Virus record (IMG/VR): IMGVR_UViG_3300032298_001311
Span: 64,773-128,772 of that record
Strand: one strand, 5' to 3'
Length of the DNA: 64,000 bases
DNA from: a virus
The notes under the pieces were generated by a model. The model saw nothing but the letters and a program-made list of their open reading frames with translations. It made no database searches and was not told where the DNA came from. How positions within the stretch are numbered: the first letter of the stretch is position 1; every line of letters begins with the position of its first letter. This document shows, in pieces, positions 35,981 to 46,248 of this stretch. A program made the position numbers and the translations under genes.

Positions 35981-36214
35981 CTACTTAATGACTTCCTTTA
36001 GTTCATTAAGTCTACCTTTAAGATAATTTTCTACAATTATTAAATTAGAAAGTTCTTGTCTTTCTTCATCTGTTAATTCATTATGTCTTTGACTTAATCT
36101 TTTTTTTCTAATACCAATTGTATTATTCTCATAAACAAACGCACTTTTTAAATTAAATCTCATTGGATCATAGGCGAGCGAATATTCGCCCGGAGCAACG
36201 GCTGACTGTGGCAT
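35981..36214 (-). CDS. Hypothetical protein
   Basis: 77-aa ORF. Confidence 0.5.
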   Translation of the reverse strand: MPQSAVAPGEYSLAYDPMRFNLKSAFVYENNTIGIRKKRLSQRHNELTDEERQELSNLIIVENYLKGRLNELKEVIK

Positions 36215-36265
36215 AACTTTCCCCTTGTGTAGCAGTTCAAATGGAAACGTAAAAAATTACTTATC

Positions 36266-36634
36266 TCAAATCTTAGGATTTACCTTATCTAAAGCTCTCT
36301 TTAAAAGATCCACTGAATCACCATTAAAAGTTATATTTTCGCCAAATCCTAAAATGCAAACTTGTTTTACTGATTCTGGCTTATTATCCTTCATCTCATA
36401 GTTAAACATAACCATTTCTCTCTTACCATTAAACCAGAATTCTATAGTCTTCTTATTAGGATCTAGACCTCTAACAAGAAGTTCATATCCGCCACTCTCA
36501 ACTACACTGTCTGCTGCTTCTCTAGTAATACAGCCTGGATCTAATTTTGGTTTTACTTCAACTATTGATTTAGTTTCAGCAATAGTATTATATGGGGTAA
36601 GCGAAATTAAAGTAGCAATTAAGAACTTGTTCAT
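36266..36634 (-). CDS. Secreted hypothetical protein with two Cys
   Basis: Signal-like N-terminus MNKFLIATLISL; AGGAG RBS. Confidence 0.55.
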   Translation of the reverse strand: MNKFLIATLISLTPYNTIAETKSIVEVKPKLDPGCITREAADSVVESGGYELLVRGLDPNKKTIEFWFNGKREMVMFNYEMKDNKPESVKQVCILGFGENITFNGDSVDLLKRALDKVNPKI

Positions 36635-36667
36635 TATTTTCTCCTGACAAGTTCTATATATGCTACT

Positions 36668-37108
36668 TTAATAATCTCCCTCACAAACTTGGAGAACACG
36701 AACACCTTGTTCACGAATCGCTTTTACAACTTGATTACGATCGTCAATCCAAAGATAAGGTTCTCCAAATTCTTTACGGATTTCTTCTAAAAGTTCTACC
36801 TTTACAATACCGTCCTGTCTATAATCCTTTAGAGGACGCATATACATTTTTTCGTATTTGATATCAAACTTTGCTAACCACTCCTCTGAAACTTCTCTAT
36901 GTCCTTCATTTCTTCCGGTACAAATAAGAATAGTATTACCAGTTTCGTAAAACTGATTTGCCATCCAAACAATTTCTTCGTGAGCAGGGTCTAAATGCTG
37001 GGCGGCAAAAAAAGAATTCCAATTCTTTTGTTCACCTTCGAACCAGTGTCTACGATGCTCCATATCGGCAAGAGTACCGTCAATATCAAACACTATAATT
37101 CTTTTCAT
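36668..37108 (-). CDS. HAD phosphatase (PNKP/PseT 3'-phosphatase-like)
   Basis: VFDIDGTL, ICTGR, YMRP..D.R.D..VK and IDDR..V. Confidence 0.88.
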   Translation of the reverse strand: MKRIIVFDIDGTLADMEHRRHWFEGEQKNWNSFFAAQHLDPAHEEIVWMANQFYETGNTILICTGRNEGHREVSEEWLAKFDIKYEKMYMRPLKDYRQDGIVKVELLEEIRKEFGEPYLWIDDRNQVVKAIREQGVRVLQVCEGDY

Positions 37109-37155
37109 GTGTGTCTCCCTATATGCTAATTTAACATCTTAAGAGATATTGTCAA

Positions 37156-37299
37156 CTACCTTGCTGCCAAATATAATCCAATATTTGAAACAGCATATCC
37201 TCCAAAGGTAATGGCCATAGCACTATTACCTTTTAGATATTGTTCTAAAGCAATATAAGCATAAACAACACCAACTAGTGCTATGAGCCAACTACTCAT
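37156..37299 (-). CDS. Small two-TM membrane protein
   Basis: MSSWLIALVGVVYAYIALEQ...GGYAVSNIGLYLAAR; start refined. Confidence 0.55.
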   Translation of the reverse strand: MSSWLIALVGVVYAYIALEQYLKGNSAMAITFGGYAVSNIGLYLAAR

Positions 37300-37670
37300 T
37301 ATAGACAAACCTTTCTGTAAACATATCCTTGTAAAGCATCCCACTCTTGCATAATTTGGCACTTGCGTTTTATAACGACAACAGGTGCGGGTTCTTCAAC
37401 GACTACTGGAGCAGGCTGTTGAACTACAACAGGAGGTGGAGCATAAACAACTGGACGATTAGCATTGGCAATAGCACCACCGATAATGCCACCAAGTAGA
37501 GCACCACCGGCAGCAGCACCAATCATTGCGCCGCCATATCCCCAGCCACCTCCATATCCCCAGCCACCATATCCACCATAACCCCAGCCACCATACCCCC
37601 ACTGAGCATGAGCAGGTGCTGACACCAATAGTGAAGCAGCAACTAATGTACCAATAATAGTCTTACGCAT
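37299..37670 (-). CDS. Secreted Gly/Trp/Tyr-rich glycine-zipper protein
   Basis: Signal peptide ending AHA-Q, (G)WGYGG repeats, GAMIGAAAGGALLGGIIGGAIA and a Pro/Val-rich tail. Confidence 0.65.
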   Translation of the reverse strand: MRKTIIGTLVAASLLVSAPAHAQWGYGGWGYGGYGGWGYGGGWGYGGAMIGAAAGGALLGGIIGGAIANANRPVVYAPPPVVVQQPAPVVVEEPAPVVVIKRKCQIMQEWDALQGYVYRKVCL

Positions 37671-38136
37671 TTTATTCTCCTCTAAACAATCCAAAGATAA
37701 CCATAATTAGTGTGGCAACAGCAACTACCTGTCCAAGATAGACTGCTCCCCAAATTAAATCAACAGTCATAGAACTCCTCCGTTCCTGGTACCATCCATT
37801 CACTATCGCTTGGACAACTATACCATCGTTCACCAAAGTAGCAAATGGTATAAGCACTATATCCACCATACCATATCCGAGTGGAGAGACGATATGACCT
37901 CGGTTGTTTTAATTCTTCCATCCTTATCTCCATTGAATCCATTTATTGATCCAACTCATTATATATGACCATGTTCCCATGTCCTTGCCAATTTGGTAGA
38001 CTATGTATGCTGCCATGGAATACCAAAATGCTACAACAAATGCCGAGAAAACTAATAACAGATAGATAGTTCTCAATTTATATTCTTTTCAATCTTTGAA
38101 AACTGATATATTATAATAACATCTTTAAGAACTGTG

Positions 38137-39132
38137 TCAAGCCTTAACTAAATTTTCAACGAATTGATCTGTTGCTGCTTCCCAAGAAAACTTTTGGGCA
38201 CGAGCAATAGCATTTTCGCTAGGGATTTGAGAAGCATACAATATATTTCTTTCAAAATTGTCGCTTAATATCCCCGATTCCCGATGTGTAATAATATGAC
38301 GATTGACTGGATTGTCAAATGCTGCTACAGGTAATCCACAAGCCATTGCTTCAAGAACAACAAGTCCAAATGTATCTGTTAGCGAAGGCCAAGCAAAGAC
38401 ATCCATTGTTTGTAATAGTTTAGCGATCTCTTCGTGAGTCTTTCTACCTAAGAAAAACGCATCCGGATAACGAAGTTTATATGTTTCTAAATGTGGGCCA
38501 TCACCGATAACATACTTTACAATTTTAGGATTGTCTATAGACAGGAATGCTTCTATGTTCTTTTCAACAGAGACACGACCAACATAAACAGCACGGATAT
38601 TGTCACCTTGTTTTGTATAATTTGGATCTGGTTTGAATAATTCTGTATCCACACCTCGTCCCCAAATTCTTAATTTTTTGATACCATATTCAGTACAGTA
38701 ATCAACCATGGCGGGGGTAGGTACCATAACAGAATTGCTGTTTCTATGGAACCAACGAAAATACTTGCCAGTAATTCGTGGTGGTATACCAGCATGTTCA
38801 TGAAGATAATCCGGGTACTGAGTATGAAAGGCTGTTGTATAATTCTTTTTATATTTCTTACAACTATGTCTCGCAGCAACACCAATAGATCCCTCCGTCG
38901 CTATGTGGATATACTCAGAGTCCTTCACAGCGTCGTCGGCAATACCAAGAGGCATTAAAGGCATCCAAATACCTGTTGACGGTTGTATTGGAATAGTGAG
39001 TTTATACAAATTAGGATGAACTACATTTACTTCCCAACCTCTCTTCTCAAGATGAGAAATGGTTGTTTTTAATGTAGTCACAACTCCGTTTATTTGTGGT
39101 TCCCAAGCATCTGTAAATATTGTTAGTTTCAT
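38137..39132 (-). CDS. Glycosyltransferase family 4
   Basis: FTDAWEPQINGVV, IHIATEG, HTQYP, GRVSVEKN and DTFGLVVLEAMACG. Confidence 0.93.
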   Translation of the reverse strand: MKLTIFTDAWEPQINGVVTTLKTTISHLEKRGWEVNVVHPNLYKLTIPIQPSTGIWMPLMPLGIADDAVKDSEYIHIATEGSIGVAARHSCKKYKKNYTTAFHTQYPDYLHEHAGIPPRITGKYFRWFHRNSNSVMVPTPAMVDYCTEYGIKKLRIWGRGVDTELFKPDPNYTKQGDNIRAVYVGRVSVEKNIEAFLSIDNPKIVKYVIGDGPHLETYKLRYPDAFFLGRKTHEEIAKLLQTMDVFAWPSLTDTFGLVVLEAMACGLPVAAFDNPVNRHIITHRESGILSDNFERNILYASQIPSENAIARAQKFSWEAATDQFVENLVKA

Positions 39133-39881
39133 ATCAACCTCAGTAATTCGAATCTGCCGTCATAGTGTTCAACAATAGCAGTACATGATTCCACAAAGTC
39201 TCCAGTGTTCATGTATTCTATATTATCTATTTTAGTAATGTTGGCATGGTGAATATGACCACACATAACTCCGTCAACATTTTTCTTACTGGCATAATCA
39301 ACTACAACCTTTTCGTAATCGCCGATAAACTTTACTGCTTCTTTAACTGAATGTTTCGCCCAAGCACTCAAACTAAATCCTCTAATGTTTATAGTTTTAT
39401 AAATCCATTGTAGTTTAGAATTTAATTCCATAAGGAAATCATAAGCCCAACTTCCCATATGTACTAACCATTTAGCATTAGTAGTAACCAAGTCAAATTG
39501 ATCACCATGTATAAGCAAATAGCGTTTACCATTTACACCAATGTGGATAAAGTGATCAACAAGTGATATATTACCTAACACAAGTCCACTATGTTCTCTT
39601 AAGAACTCATCGTGATTACCTGTGATATAAATGACTTGGTGATCTCGTTTGGATAATTTTAAAAAGTATTGGATAATATTACTGTGGGTTTGTGGCCAGT
39701 ATGTTTTATTCTTCATTGCCCAACCGTCAATAATATCACCTATTAAGTAATAGCGTTCTGCTTCAGTATCTTTGAGGAATTCTAGCAATAATTCTGCGTT
39801 ACAATATTTGGTGCCAAGATGGATATCAGACAGGAAAATGGACTTGTATTTTTTCTTTTTTTTCTTCTGGCTCTGTGTCAT
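39129..39881 (-). CDS. Metallophosphoesterase, UDP-2,3-diacylglucosamine hydrolase (LpxH/YbbF)-like
   Basis: FLSDIHLG, GDIIDGW, GNHD, HGDQFD, CGHIH and NTGDF; TATAAATA 7 nt upstream. Confidence 0.85.
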   Translation of the reverse strand: MTQSQKKKKKKYKSIFLSDIHLGTKYCNAELLLEFLKDTEAERYYLIGDIIDGWAMKNKTYWPQTHSNIIQYFLKLSKRDHQVIYITGNHDEFLREHSGLVLGNISLVDHFIHIGVNGKRYLLIHGDQFDLVTTNAKWLVHMGSWAYDFLMELNSKLQWIYKTINIRGFSLSAWAKHSVKEAVKFIGDYEKVVVDYASKKNVDGVMCGHIHHANITKIDNIEYMNTGDFVESCTAIVEHYDGRFELLRLI

Positions 39882-39913
39882 GTCCTAATATTTATATTTG
39901 GTGTTTGGTATTT

Positions 39914-40162
39914 TTATGCGTACTTCATTATCCAAACCAGATAATCCTGTTCGCTTTCAAATTCTAAGTATTGCCAAACTAATGTATTATCCATTTTAGT
40001 AAGATGGCATTTAATATTATATTTCTCTTCTATTTTTCTAGCAAGTTCAAGATAGTAATCTGTTGGGTTGTGATATATACGACTTCGTTGAATGGTTAAA
40101 GGTATTAAACAATTTTGAAATGTTTTGTAGTTCTTTTCAACTTCTATGATATAGGACATCAT
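39914..40162 (-). CDS. Small protein of a paralogous family (C-terminal F..E.D...(F/W)..(R/K)(W/F/Y) motif)
   Basis: Ends LEFESEQDYLVWIMKYA. Confidence 0.55.
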   Translation of the reverse strand: MMSYIIEVEKNYKTFQNCLIPLTIQRSRIYHNPTDYYLELARKIEEKYNIKCHLTKMDNTLVWQYLEFESEQDYLVWIMKYA

Positions 40163-40886
40163 ATTTCCTTACTAAAAAGTTTAAAAATTTTTCTGCTAAT
40201 AGTTGATGTCCTCTTTCAGACGGATGAGGACTAGAAATACATGTCTCTATATCAGACATATTTGTTATACATTCATCTATATTATTATTGTACCAAACAA
40301 AATTTTTACAATAATTTTTTTTAGTTTCATCCAATTCTACTTTATTCATTGAAACGAAAAAGTATTTGATATCATGTTTTTCAAAAAAATCACCTAACAT
40401 CAAAATCTCATTAAACATTTTTTCTTGCCATGCTTTTTCATGATTCCAAAAAAATTGAGACAATATCATTTTTTCTTCTTCTTTTGATAGTCTTCTTCTT
40501 GTTTCGGTGAAGACAATTTCGCTTTTAACTAATCCCCAGCTATTTGATAATATGTCAAAAAATTCAAATCTGCTTGGTTCCGACCATTGAATAACAGCAA
40601 TCCAATCTGACAAATCTTCTTTTTTATTAATTTTGTCTATAAAAAAATCTATAGTTTTTCTTATAATTCTATTATTAGATCCGCAGCCCATACTATGATT
40701 ATGGAATTCAGAAAAAGATCCAATTTTATGAAGTTGTCCTGGCCATGTTATACTCAATCTTTGTAAATTAATTAATGAAGTATTTGTTTCATCAAATAAA
40801 TTTCCTTCATAATCATGAACATGTGTAAATAGTCCACCACCCCATGTAAAAGAGCAACCAGAAGCAAATAATTTCATCTTATCCAA
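40137..40886 (-). CDS. SGNH/GDSL-like hydrolase (GCS variant)
   Basis: FASGCSFTWG, NHSMGCGSN and HPSERGH. Confidence 0.65.
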   Translation of the reverse strand: MDKMKLFASGCSFTWGGGLFTHVHDYEGNLFDETNTSLINLQRLSITWPGQLHKIGSFSEFHNHSMGCGSNNRIIRKTIDFFIDKINKKEDLSDWIAVIQWSEPSRFEFFDILSNSWGLVKSEIVFTETRRRLSKEEEKMILSQFFWNHEKAWQEKMFNEILMLGDFFEKHDIKYFFVSMNKVELDETKKNYCKNFVWYNNNIDECITNMSDIETCISSPHPSERGHQLLAEKFLNFLVRKYDVLYHRS

Positions 40887-41323
40887 CCTATCTTCTCACC
40901 TTGTGCTATTCTTCTATTATATTCTTCTATACTGGAAGGGTATCTCCAAGCCCATATTGCTACTGCTAACATAAACAAAGCAGTATAGACTATACCTCTC
41001 AAAGGTACATTTCCCGCAAACATCATTATAAGACTTATTGACATAGTAAGCAACATAAGATATTTCATTTTAAGGGGAAACACTTGCTTCTCTGTCCAGT
41101 TAGTTAGAAATGGTCCAAATAGTTTATGATTATAGATCCACTTGTGTAGTGTCTCACTACCATTACTAAAGCAGTAGGCAGCAAATACAACAAATGGTGA
41201 ATAAGGCAAGCCAGGAGTAATAACTCCTATATAAGCCATACCAAGTGACAGTATTCCTAATGTGTTCCAAAATATATTTTTCAATTTAATATTTTTAAGG
41301 AGCAAAATTAATTTGGTCAACAA
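40874..41323 (-). CDS. YbaN/DUF454 inner-membrane protein
   Basis: LGMAYIGVITPGLP..PF...AAYCF..GS..LHKW...HKLFGP. Confidence 0.8.
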   Translation of the reverse strand: MLTKLILLLKNIKLKNIFWNTLGILSLGMAYIGVITPGLPYSPFVVFAAYCFSNGSETLHKWIYNHKLFGPFLTNWTEKQVFPLKMKYLMLLTMSISLIMMFAGNVPLRGIVYTALFMLAVAIWAWRYPSSIEEYNRRIAQGEKIGWIR

Positions 41324-41918
41324 TCTCTTTCAATGTTAATTCATAAGCAATTGTAAATTTATTTAAATTGCTTTGATTTTTTAAAGTTTTATGATATAGA
41401 TTATTTTGGAAAATTACAACATCTCCTTCATCCATTTCAACTTCGTAATCAAAATAAGAATTATCTTGAGGTATTTCTAATATTAAATTCCCAGAATTTT
41501 CAGGTTTTTCTAAATATAAAATAACAGCGATCATGTCGTTTTGAGAATAAAATTTAGGTAAAGAATTTTCAAAAATGTATGTATGTCTATGTCTTTGAAC
41601 ATAAGTTCCTGGCGGATAATTGTTTGACCACATGGCTGTGACACAGTAATCATCTTCATTCATATTGATACTTTTTATATAATTATTAACGTGGGGTCTT
41701 ATGAAATCTAAATATGATGAAAGTTCATCCCAAAGATAAAGATTTCTTCCGGAATTATCTTTATTAAAAAAAGAACAACTTCCTCCTATAATAAATTCAC
41801 TGTTTAAATTATCTTTTGTATTATTTTCTATTACTTTATGTAGAATTAAATTTTTAAGAAAGTCGTTATCATTATACTTTACTTTGTAGATTTTTGTAAT
41901 TCCGTCATCGTATAGCAT
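41295..41918 (-). CDS. 2OG-Fe(II) oxygenase-like protein (TIGR02466-like)
   Basis: WSNNYPPG..VQRHRH, ILYL..PENSGNL, EGDVVIF..NLYH.T; the usual final Arg is replaced by Lys (KFTIAY). Confidence 0.7.
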   Translation of the reverse strand: MLYDDGITKIYKVKYNDNDFLKNLILHKVIENNTKDNLNSEFIIGGSCSFFNKDNSGRNLYLWDELSSYLDFIRPHVNNYIKSINMNEDDYCVTAMWSNNYPPGTYVQRHRHTYIFENSLPKFYSQNDMIAVILYLEKPENSGNLILEIPQDNSYFDYEVEMDEGDVVIFQNNLYHKTLKNQSNLNKFTIAYELTLKEIVDQINFAP

Positions 41919-42002
41919 AAGTATCTCCCATCTGAGATATTTATGTTTTCTTTTCTACTTAATTCCACCTCAATATTAACAATGTATTCCACAATAACTT
42001 TT

Positions 42003-42447
42003 TCATTTTTTAATTATATCGCTAAACTTTAATAATACTAACATTTCTATTTTAGGATCTTTAGTTATTAATTGAGCATATCTAAAACTAAAGTGTGCTC
42101 TGGCATTATGATCAACGATCATATTCCAACCGTAGTCGTTATCTGTATATCCGCGATCCTTTATCCAATTATCTACTTCAATGTAGTTATATTCTCCCCA
42201 AGATGTTTCTATAGTGATCAATTTAGGACCACCTCAATAAGAACATAGCATAATCTGTTTCTAATTCAAAGTACCAGATACTAAAATAATTGTGCCATTT
42301 ACCATGTAAGTGTTTATCTGCCCACTCTCTCATTACCTCATTAGTTTTTATCATATTTTCAATAGTGCTATAAGCATAGGAATAATGATGCCATCCCTTA
42401 GTTTCTGTTAGGTGGTCTGTTAGTTTCTGTAAGTCATCATTACTCAT
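42003..42447 (-). CDS. Two small paralogous-family proteins (42003-42221, 42223-42447)
   Basis: End in KIEMLVLLKFS and YFELETDYAMFLLRWS. Confidence 0.55.
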
Positions 42448-42863
42448 TCTTTAACATATGTCCGCTCTAATGTCATTTGTAGTTGTTCTGGATCTACACC
42501 ATTCTCCAAATAGCCTTCCATACAATGGTTGTAATAAGATTCAGCAGGAGAAGATTCATATGACTGATCATTCATAATATAAACAAGTGCTCCGTGAGTC
42601 TCACTCTCGTATTCAACGTCAACAACAATGCTTGTGTAGTAGTCTGGATAGCCTTCAAGTGCGTCAAGATTTTGGAGACATTCTTCTGTAATCTCCCAAA
42701 GCACACCTTCCATACTTGATTCAGGACATTGTTCAATATCAGCATGTCCACGAAAGCGAAGTTCATAATCGTAAAGAGTTGCCTTGCCTAATAGTTGGGC
42801 ATTAGGGCAGCGATTAGCCATGTTGGATAAGTTGGTATTCATACCATATGCGAAGTATTTCAT
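42444..42863 (-). CDS. Gamma-glutamylcyclotransferase (AIG2/GGCT-like)
   Basis: YFAYGMN, GVLWEI, LDALEGYP and P..SY motifs. Confidence 0.88.
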   Translation of the reverse strand: MKYFAYGMNTNLSNMANRCPNAQLLGKATLYDYELRFRGHADIEQCPESSMEGVLWEITEECLQNLDALEGYPDYYTSIVVDVEYESETHGALVYIMNDQSYESSPAESYYNHCMEGYLENGVDPEQLQMTLERTYVKE

Positions 42864-42894
42864 ATTATTAGTATACTATAATGATTGAGTTATG

Positions 42895-44469
42895 TCAACT
42901 GCCTTGCGGAGTAGCGGATAGAACAACAGCACCAGGATTATCTTTCATAAAGAGTTTCATGGCTTCTTCTTTGGAGTTTGCTCTAACAACATCTTTACGC
43001 TCGCGATAATCAGTTTCACTTGGATTATAACTGATAATAAAGTTCTGTCCAGGACCAAGTAGTGATTTCTCTTTGTCAGTATCTTGGCGAGACATCTTAC
43101 GCTGTCTTAGATGTCTTAAGAGAATATCCTTTGGAACCTGTCCACTGCTATAGAGAGCGAACAATTTAATTGTTTGATCACCTTCTAATGTATTACCCAT
43201 TATAAGTTTATAAAGTTTTGTATCGTATTCTTTCTTATTCTTTGTTGGATTGCAAGCAATGTCAAGTGCTACAACAAATCTTAACATTGTGTTTGTTAGT
43301 TTGCCAATGTCTTGGTTAAGCCAATCGCCACCTGGTGAGCGGAACTCAAGTCTATTGTCTTGTATATTAAGAGTGACATACTTTTGTGTACGATTACTAT
43401 GTATAAGTTTGGAAGCAATCTTACCAAGTCCTGCTCTCATTGCTTCAAGGTACGCAGGAACTTTATCTGGATTTACCTTAATAGCACTCTTAATCTTATC
43501 CATGGTACTATCAGCATAGTCATTCCCCAGTCTACCAAATTGTTCAGCGACCCAATTATCACCGACAAATAGTGCTAACTTCACATAGTCAAGGTTCTCA
43601 AGATCATAGTTAGGCACTGACACATTCATATGTAAGCCAGTTGACTTATTTGTTTCACAACCTCTATTCTTCGCCCATTCTACAGTTTTGCGAAGGACAT
43701 CAATCATCTTGTCTATTGGTAGTGGTGGACTGACAAATTCTAATCCAGCACCATTTCCTCTAATGCTGCCATCTGGCTCAATAGTGAACTTCTTTGTGGA
43801 TTTTGTTTGTCCGTGATATGAACTACTAACATCAACACCAAGTCCGATAACTTCACTAAACTCTGCGCCAAGAAAATCTAATGACTCACTGCCACCTTCT
43901 GGCTCAGTGATGTAAGGCCAAGATAAGTCATACATACTACCAAAGGAACTGAATGTATTGATATCTGCGAATTCTAACCATTCTTGAATAATGGTACTAC
44001 TATCGTAGGCATCTTCATACCATGCTTCTTTATATTTCTCGTATTCGTCATCGTAGAATTTACCATCGCTTGGTCGTGGAGCGGGACCGTCTTCGTTTTC
44101 TTCCCACCATCTTTCAAAACCATTATCTTCTGAGTCTTCTATAAATTGTTGGTCAATAAAACTCGTAAAGTCTTCGTTAGCACCTTCTAATGCTCTGCTA
44201 ACTTCTCCGCTACTGTTGGAGAATTCACCACTTTCAAAAAATTCGTGAATCTTTTGATCAAAGTCCTTCCAAGTTCTTGAACTGATTCGACTATCATAAT
44301 CGTAGTCTGGTTCGTATTCTGGAAAGTCGTCTGGGTTCTCTATACCTGGAACAACCATTTCAAATTCCATGCCAACAAGGGCACCTTCAATTTGGGAAGC
44401 CATTGATTTTAGGCTTCCTGGGCTCATTTTTAGTTCATCAAGTTTTTGGTTAAATTCGCGAAGTCTCAT
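42895..44469 (-). CDS. Putative amidoligase (COOH-NH2 ligase, Amidoligase_2-like)
   Basis: VGMEFE, IEPDGSI, GLEFVSPP, TNKSTGLHMNV, KYVTLN and LEFRSPGG; long acidic insert; MRLREF N-terminus. Confidence 0.8.
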   Translation of the reverse strand: MRLREFNQKLDELKMSPGSLKSMASQIEGALVGMEFEMVVPGIENPDDFPEYEPDYDYDSRISSRTWKDFDQKIHEFFESGEFSNSSGEVSRALEGANEDFTSFIDQQFIEDSEDNGFERWWEENEDGPAPRPSDGKFYDDEYEKYKEAWYEDAYDSSTIIQEWLEFADINTFSSFGSMYDLSWPYITEPEGGSESLDFLGAEFSEVIGLGVDVSSSYHGQTKSTKKFTIEPDGSIRGNGAGLEFVSPPLPIDKMIDVLRKTVEWAKNRGCETNKSTGLHMNVSVPNYDLENLDYVKLALFVGDNWVAEQFGRLGNDYADSTMDKIKSAIKVNPDKVPAYLEAMRAGLGKIASKLIHSNRTQKYVTLNIQDNRLEFRSPGGDWLNQDIGKLTNTMLRFVVALDIACNPTKNKKEYDTKLYKLIMGNTLEGDQTIKLFALYSSGQVPKDILLRHLRQRKMSRQDTDKEKSLLGPGQNFIISYNPSETDYRERKDVVRANSKEEAMKLFMKDNPGAVVLSATPQGS

Positions 44470-44485
44470 AGTTCTATATTTATTA

Positions 44486-44928
44486 TTAGAACTTCAGTAG
44501 CAACATCATTAGATCGCGTTCATCTCCTTGGACCCAAAGTCCTTTTTCAGAGGCTGTTAAGTATGTGATGTTGTAATGTCTTAAGAGCCAATGAGCAAAA
44601 CTGTCATCATCCTTCCATTTACCTTCATCCCAGTATGCTTTAAATATTTTCTCCATTTGCGGTTCAATGATATGAATATTCTTTAATTCGTTCACGACCA
44701 CCTCATAAGAAAACAAGTAATATCTTTGCTCTTGCCACTTATTTTAATATCACTATGATTTACATTAGTATATTCTAAATTATGTGTTTCTTTCAACCAT
44801 TTAGCAAAAGTAGTAGATTTAGTATTAAAGATTGTTTTATAGTAATAATCCCACGCATGTTCTATGGGGCGTTCATATGTACCAAACTCAAAATCTTCGT
44901 AGATGATTTCTAAAAAGTTAGGCTTCAC
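44486..44928 (-). CDS. Two small paralogous-family proteins (44486-44716, 44692-44928)
   Basis: End in GDERDLMMLLLKF and GKSKDITCFLMRWS. Confidence 0.55.
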
Positions 44929-45429
44929 ACTTCTCTTCCTTGCCGTGCTTAATCATATGAGCAAGTTTCTTATTGCGATAGTCTAACTTCTTACGATCAA
45001 TAATTTTGGCACTCGTTGCACCTAACACATTAAGGTATTGATGTGCGAATTGCCACCCGCGCAGAAAGTGAATTATGTCTTCAACATTTCCACAATACAA
45101 GGCCATGGTTATATTGTAAATGACCAACTCATCTGTGGGCATAAGATTAAGCGTGGCACTACTGTAGTCTCGGCCACTACGCTTGTATGTAAATCCAAGA
45201 CTTTTACAGAGTTGATTGAGATCATTAATCCGCTCAATGTCTATAAAGTTTGTCAAAAGACTTTTTCCTTATTCCAATCTGCCCATTGCTGTGGATCCAT
45301 GTAGTATTCCAGCACCACACTGATAGCATTTTTTAAATCATCCTCATCGGCTATCTCATAGTCTCTCTTAAGACTTTCAATAACCAAACCGGTTATGATC
45401 TCATCATTAAAGTCAACACTAATCTTCAT
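44918..45429 (-). CDS. Two hypothetical genes (44918-45256 and an unlisted 58-aa ORF at 45253-45429)
   Basis: Second ORF translated by hand: MKISVDFNDEIITGLVIESLKRDYEIADEDD...WNKEKVF. Confidence 0.5.
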
Positions 45430-45817
45430 CTTTCACATCCTTTACTACTTCTTCATATTCAGTTGGTAATCGTATTAGGTCTACACTTTCACTGTAATAG
45501 CCATTTGAGGTACCTAACCAACGAACGGTTACAGAACCCTTAATGGTGCGGAAGTTATAGAAAGTCCAAGTAGCACTTTCAAAATCACCGACTACGCCTT
45601 CCTGCGTATCCTCGCGAGCCTCGAGAATTGGCACTCCTACAAGATCCTCGAGGTCACCGTGAATCTCCGCGATGCTCACACTCTCGCAACAATCCTGCTC
45701 ATGGTAGAACTTGAAAGTAGGAACATCACCTACTCCAACGAACAGCAATTCGTCGTCCTCAACCTTACCCTCAATGTGGTGGAAGGTTAATCCAATCAGA
45801 TCATTGATGTCAGCCAT
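45419..45817 (-). CDS. Conserved-looking phage protein (H.QDCCE.V motif)
   Basis: FYHEQDCCESV, WTFY and W.G.SNGYYSE. Confidence 0.65.
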   Translation of the reverse strand: MADINDLIGLTFHHIEGKVEDDELLFVGVGDVPTFKFYHEQDCCESVSIAEIHGDLEDLVGVPILEAREDTQEGVVGDFESATWTFYNFRTIKGSVTVRWLGTSNGYYSESVDLIRLPTEYEEVVKDVKDED

Positions 45818-46230
45818 TACAACGATTCCTGTATCTGTTTAATATGCTTACACTCAACCTTCTTACCTTTGCGGAAGGAGAAAGCAGGACAATCACATGT
45901 CCACTTACCGCTATCGTTGATTACATTATATACAGATCCCTTACTGCCGTCAACTTGATAGCAGTGGAAATTAGAATTCTCTTTTACCTCTACGGTACTT
46001 TCTGCCAGATGCAGTTCTAATACTCTGTCTTTATCCAATATGCGAACAGGTGATTCTCTATTGTCCGTTGACAAACAGAACATGTCGCCCGTCATCCAAT
46101 TTAATGACTTTAGGATCTTGCCGCGGTACCAATTACGATCAGGCATACCTGGATAGCGAGCGGAAATTGGAAGTGGATTGGCAATGCAAACTTCAATATT
46201 TGTGCCAACTGCGGGAATAGCAAAAGTCAT
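45817..46230 (-). CDS. SWIM zinc-finger protein
   Basis: WTCDCPAF...ECKHI. Confidence 0.8.
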   Translation of the reverse strand: MTFAIPAVGTNIEVCIANPLPISARYPGMPDRNWYRGKILKSLNWMTGDMFCLSTDNRESPVRILDKDRVLELHLAESTVEVKENSNFHCYQVDGSKGSVYNVINDSGKWTCDCPAFSFRKGKKVECKHIKQIQESL

Positions 46231-46248
46231 TGTGATCTCCTATAATGT

